Source: an uncultured Saprospiraceae bacterium (GTDB lineage: Bacteria > Bacteroidota > Bacteroidia > Chitinophagales > Saprospiraceae). From it: a stretch of DNA of 64,000 nt. The DNA is taken from positions 2,041 through 66,040 of the forward strand of contig CALIIW010000141.1 in the NCBI GenBank assembly GCA_938018185.1. Direction: 5' to 3'. The translations under genes and the position numbers were made by a program. Shown here in pieces: positions 62,101-64,000 of the stretch; the first letter of the stretch is position 1, and the number at the start of each line of letters is the position of its first letter. Under the pieces are notes generated by a model. The model saw nothing but the letters and a program-made list of their open reading frames with translations, searched no databases and was not told the DNA's origin.

Positions 62101-64000
62101 CATTCAAACTAGCAAGGAAGTCTACATTTGTTACTGCATCACTGCAAATATTTATACTATTAGCAGTTCCAGCGTTAACAATTGTTCCAAGGTCTATGGT
62201 TACAGTTGCAGAAACTTCTGGACATCCACCAGTTGCTGCAATGGTGTAGGTAAAATTGTAAAAATCAGCCATCAAAGAAGAGACATCCACATTTGAAGGA
62301 TCTATTAAATCTACACCGGAAGAATTGTCATCAGACCATAAGCCGCCTATTTCAGGTGTCCCACCTAGAGAGCCTATTAAATCGATACTTGTGTTCGTGT
62401 CAGTACAAATTGTAATTGTATTATCCGTGCCCGGGTCTGCACCATCAACTATGGTAATGGTCAACATCGATGCTGCAGATTGGCAATTGCCATTGCCTTC
62501 CGTTACCCATATTTCTGTAGTTGTTCCACCTGTTGGTGCAGGGTCATAAGTTGTTCCGGAAGAAAGTAAATTTGTTAACAGCGCATCAGAATAAAAATTA
62601 AAATTAGATCCAGTACCTGTAGGTGAAATTTCGGTATCTCCACCTTCACAAGTATTGATGTCCATAACCATGGGTGCCATATTTGGAGCCTCAACTGTGA
62701 TTGATACACAATTACTACTAAGTTCCATGCATGAGCCAGGTACTAATGCTACGGCATCCAATTCATTTCCATCACCATCTAAAAGTACATTTGGAGATCC
62801 AAAATTAATTGTTGTTGTTCCATTAGAAATAGCTCCAAGGCCTGGATGAATTTTATAAGATAAACCGAAGATGCAATAGTCTATTGGACTTGTCCCTGTG
62901 TTAGGAGGGAAATTTAGATCATTTACATTGTTTGAATTATCAATTATGACACCATTTGCGTCTACAAGTAAAAAATGATAAGCATTTTCAGTAGAGAAAT
63001 TTCTAGGGATTAAAGGATCAAGATCTCCGGCAAGTTGCAAGTCAAAAAACTCACCACCATCACTACAAATAGAATAAGAATTATTTGGTTGTAAATTTCC
63101 AGCTTCGGCTGAACAACATTCATCAACAACAATATCGATACTAATTGGAGTAATCGCACATTCGCCTGAACTTGGTGTAAAAACAGGCGAGACAGTAGTA
63201 CCTCCAGCTGCTGAAACGTCTAAAAAACTGGAAGGACTCCAGGTTCCAGCAACACCTTCTAAAGAAGATGTTGGAAGTATAACCAAACCATCTGAATCAC
63301 AAACAGGACCAATAGGATCAAAGTTGATTGCTCGGCAATCAGCGCCTAATTCATTTGAGCAATAGATATATTCATAAATAACGTCAAAATCAATTGTTAT
63401 ATAACCCTGAGAGATTACATCCTGAGGGCAATTTGAACAACCATTGGCTGCTGCATTTTCAAATATGAAATTTGCAAAAATATCTATACCTAAAGTTTGG
63501 CTTTCGCCAAATGTTCCACTCAAACAACTAACTGTTGATACATAAGGAAGTCCTAAAGGAAAGGTGTTAGTTATAGGATCATATTCTAATTGTTCTCCAC
63601 TAGAAGCACAATCTCCAGAACCAGGATTTGTAAAATTGGTTAAACCATCACCAAAAACAGGGCACATGGTTCCATAAGCGCAATTTGAGTATAAGTTTGC
63701 AAAAATTCCTGATATGTAAGATTCACAACAAGCTAATGCTGGGGGAAAATTTGTGGACCAACTATTAATGGTAATAGTGATAATAACGTCTTCGACATCT
63801 AAACCATCCAAACAAGGATAAACAGTTTCTATTGCTGGGAAATTATACCCATATGCTTCTGAAGGTTTTGCGCCAGCAGGAGCAGAAGTAGAAGAAAACC
63901 ATTGGTTTCGATCTAATGCAATTTGTGCTTTGTCAGGATCGAAACATAGACTGAATCCTCCAACTTCTTCATTTCCCGATCCGTTGCAGGCCAAAGAATT
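56165..64000 (-). CDS. giant T9SS substrate (type B CTD), 5' end outside the window; at least 2609 aa, three internal tandem-repeat families
   Basis: The reading frame stays open to the window edge, so the TTG at 63994 is only the ORF-caller start. C-terminus: IPTVFSPNLDGINDLFTVYPG...LDRWGEELY...GWDG. Confidence 0.8.
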   Translation of the reverse strand, partial: NSLACNGSGNEEVGGFSLCFDPDKAQIALDRNQWFSSTSAPAGAKPSEAYGYNFPAIETVYPCLDGLDVEDVIITITINSWSTNFPPALACCESYISGIFANLYSNCAYGTMCPVFGDGLTNFTNPGSGDCASSGEQLEYDPITNTFPLGLPYVSTVSCLSGTFGESQTLGIDIFANFIFENAAANGCSNCPQDVISQGYITIDFDVIYEYIYCSNELGADCRAINFDPIGPVCDSDGLVILPTSSLEGVAGTWSPSSFLDVSAAGGTTVSPVFTPSSGECAITPISIDIVVDECCSAEAGNLQPNNSYSICSDGGEFFDLQLAGDLDPLIPRNFSTENAYHFLLVDANGVIIDNSNNVNDLNFPPNTGTSPIDYCIFGLSYKIHPGLGAISNGTTTINFGSPNVLLDGDGNELDAVALVPGSCMELSSNCVSITVEAPNMAPMVMDINTCEGGDTEISPTGTGSNFNFYSDALLTNLLSSGTTYDPAPTGGTTTEIWVTEGNGNCQSAASMLTITIVDGADPGTDNTITICTDTNTSIDLIGSLGGTPEIGGLWSDDNSSGVDLIDPSNVDVSSLMADFYNFTYTIAATGGCPEVSATVTIDLGTIVNAGTANSINICSDAVTNVDFLASLNGNPQPNGTWVDEDASGLDLSDPTDVDLSNLMEGSYDFTYEVIAQGSCQDRNAILTINFEELPNVGTNGSASICEGGNTVLDLTAALNGQPSTGGTWMDFDAAGIDLSDPTSVDFAGVGSGDYIFTYTLEGTICDDQVSNVTVSIGAAPTAGTNGSNSICNDGSIVDLFNELNDNPDNIGSWSDDDSSGVDLTDPNNVDFDMVAAGDYTFTYSIAASGDCPAASASVTITVEDNPNAGMDSSISYCKGSNTTVDLIFQLGPNADTGGIWMDDNNAGIDLSDPSSIDLENIADGTYDFSYIINGGTTCNPATAIISIDITSMPNFGQDNSITICEGDTDSNDFYNLLNAAPNLSGNWIDNMQSGLDLNDPSSVDISMLEDGIYTFDYEILGTTDCPGGQSTLTIDIEVQGNAGTPSMDLEICQEDLNTINLFDLLTNEDQGGTWTESSTTPSTNSSFDATTASFNPAMQSPNTYSFDYSFPAGTVCTASNAQVIVNINPNPIVDLGMDINQCVGDGAINLDAGNTGAQFSWTVIPDDGNNGASTQSISINDISSQSNFLVNVTQNNCTATDEISINISELPTFVETAKECSLDLSTYFVNISSANNIILADQGTVIDNMDGTFTINGITTGLDLNITISNPVTNCENSFIISAPDCACPTIAPAQGTDLSICEDQNIPNLTASADPGLEINWYDDAAGTNLLNANSNTFTPTMAGTFYLEAFDQSTGCPSVLTPITLVINPLPTFAETDKTCSGDLSTYDVQLSTDGDLVSTSDGNVMNNGNGSFSITGIQAGLDITITIENSQTNCSNIFNVEAPDCACPTITPALGADESFCEGEDFPTLSATAESGLEINWYEDAAGTNLLLANSNTFTPTMAGTYYAEAFEQSSGCPAALTEINLVMNDLPTFIETDKFCSNDLTTYEVQLMTDGDLITSSLGNVIDNGGGSFTIDFITADQDITITIENTTTMCSNTFAITAPQCDCPTIELPIAMDVAFCNGADIPNLEASVENGLEVNWYDDAAGNNLVQGSSSSFQPTTIGTYYVEAFDPSSLCGSSLVAVVVAENTLPTFNEINKECSADLSTYLVTFESDGDLPQTSEGDLVDNMDGTFTISDIPTGMDIALSIENSATTCSEAFNITAPNCDCPVFELPTIETVCDDAGTPDDNLDDTFSYSISLNSVNLAPTYTIQGGDMQNGLEYDLTNGPFGNFLISDGPIILQILDDVNSDCGLTNFQIDPPASCSDCQVTVDAGETSELSCAVTETTLQGTASDPGQFNWTGPNGFIANNDANPLVTEAGTYTLTVVFDNGCSEMDEVEITLDPTIPTADAGMNQELNCSVSATILQGSASGLGQFNWAGPNGFIAEDDPNPTVTEPGIYTLEVLFTNGCTATDFVEITLDPTTPLADAGIELNLTCENPEVTLGGTNSSQGSQYEYLWTGPNGFSSTEQNPTTTLEGTYSFVVTDTQNNCVSEMSTVEVIDLRTVPLAEIIWLDEVLTCELLAINLEATTLNNSDDAIYTWSFDGNDIEASNYIANAPGIYTLTVTDPATGCSEMTEISIQQNRAEPMVEVPVPGNLDCINESIFVDLEEPSTNYVYEWFDAQGNSIGTSSQIEIQDPGEYLAIVLDESNGCSKNVTFILAQDITAPNADAGENLFLDCNDFTATLNGSSSSNNTSSIWTTDNGAFVTGTNSFQPIVNAPGDYTLMVTDDGNGCTSLAQVQVSEPDAPTNASISIDQPTCIQNFGNILIGPIEGGTSPYMYSIDNGALNNDPNFGNLQPDQYVVNVEDANGCLLETMVTIDPSTDLTIDIGEDQEILYGDSLLISSILNVDNSQIENVIWTATQNISCDNCLDPYLMPFVTGTYEIEITDEDGCIATDEITIIVRRDLSFYIPTVFSPNLDGINDLFTVYPGNTTSKINKLQVLDRWGEELYVNRNFQANENIGWDGFHKGKPMQIGIYIYVVEVEYLDGSIELFTGDLTLMK
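56939..58372 (-). repeat. about six Ig-like units of about 75-80 aa (family C) within the giant gene
   Basis: aa 1875-2352. Units contain DAG....L.C......L.G..S......W.GPNGF.......P.V.E.G.YTL.V....GC. The first two units are the most similar to each other. Confidence 0.6.
58655..60370 (-). repeat. about 3.5 tandem units of exactly 162 aa / 486 nt (family B) within the giant gene
   Basis: LPTF anchors at aa 1209, 1371, 1533 and 1695. Unit core: CACPTI/CDCPTI ... GLE(I/V)NWY(D/E)DAAG(T/N)NL...F.PT..GT.Y.EAF....GC. Confidence 0.75.
60611..62443 (-). repeat. seven tandem units of about 85 aa (family A) within the giant gene
   Basis: aa 518-1128. Each unit reads G(T/M)(D/N).S..IC.....(V/I)DL...L.G.P..GG.W.D....G(V/I)DL.DP..VD.....G.Y.F.Y.I....C......V.I. 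Confidence 0.7.

Noticed and set aside
1-64000. CRISPR arrays, tRNA/rRNA genes, transposases, integrases, prophage or classical defence genes
   Set aside because: I scanned the intergenic regions and ORF translations. I found no direct-repeat/spacer array, no tRNA T-arm-like GGTTCGAATCC-type motifs outside CDSs, and no recombinase, nuclease-helicase or toxin-antitoxin signatures. This was an eye scan only, so short RNAs may have been missed.

Overview
AT-rich chromosomal segment from a Bacteroidota bacterium. The phylum call is an inference from several marks: type A and type B T9SS C-terminal domains, a PorP/SprF gene, a SusC/SusD pair, acidic residues after lipobox cysteines, and TAnnTTTG-type -7 boxes. 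Everything here comes from reading the sequence and the ORF track; no searches or computations were run.

Housekeeping genes are interleaved with cell-surface genes. Housekeeping: etfBA, threonine aldolase, sppA, mnmA, an acyl-CoA dehydrogenase, phnA/yjdM, chrA. Six predicted T9SS substrates lie in the window. Four are giant modular adhesin-like proteins of 1285, 2049, 1798 and at least 2609 aa; the last runs off the 3' window edge.

No rRNA, tRNA, CRISPR array, transposase, integrase or phage gene was recognised.

Most interesting observations:
1. A tandem array of three small lipoprotein genes with near-identical promoter/signal-peptide and terminator flanks but diverged mature regions.
2. 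A lipoprotein / ECF sigma / anti-sigma-like operon whose last product joins an inner-membrane anchor to an outer-membrane beta-barrel.
3. A minimal SusC/SusD locus whose only enzyme candidate is a T9SS-secreted LamG + PNGase F-like protein.
4. A TonB-dependent receptor paired with a non-SusD lipoprotein.
5. An identical 14-bp palindrome upstream of both etfBA and the acyl-CoA dehydrogenase gene.
6. Proprotein-convertase P-domains without a protease domain in three of the giant proteins.
7. An 81-nt imperfect inverted repeat between two convergent giant genes.

I cannot show that any of these is a truly undescribed system. All of them need database and structure-prediction checks.
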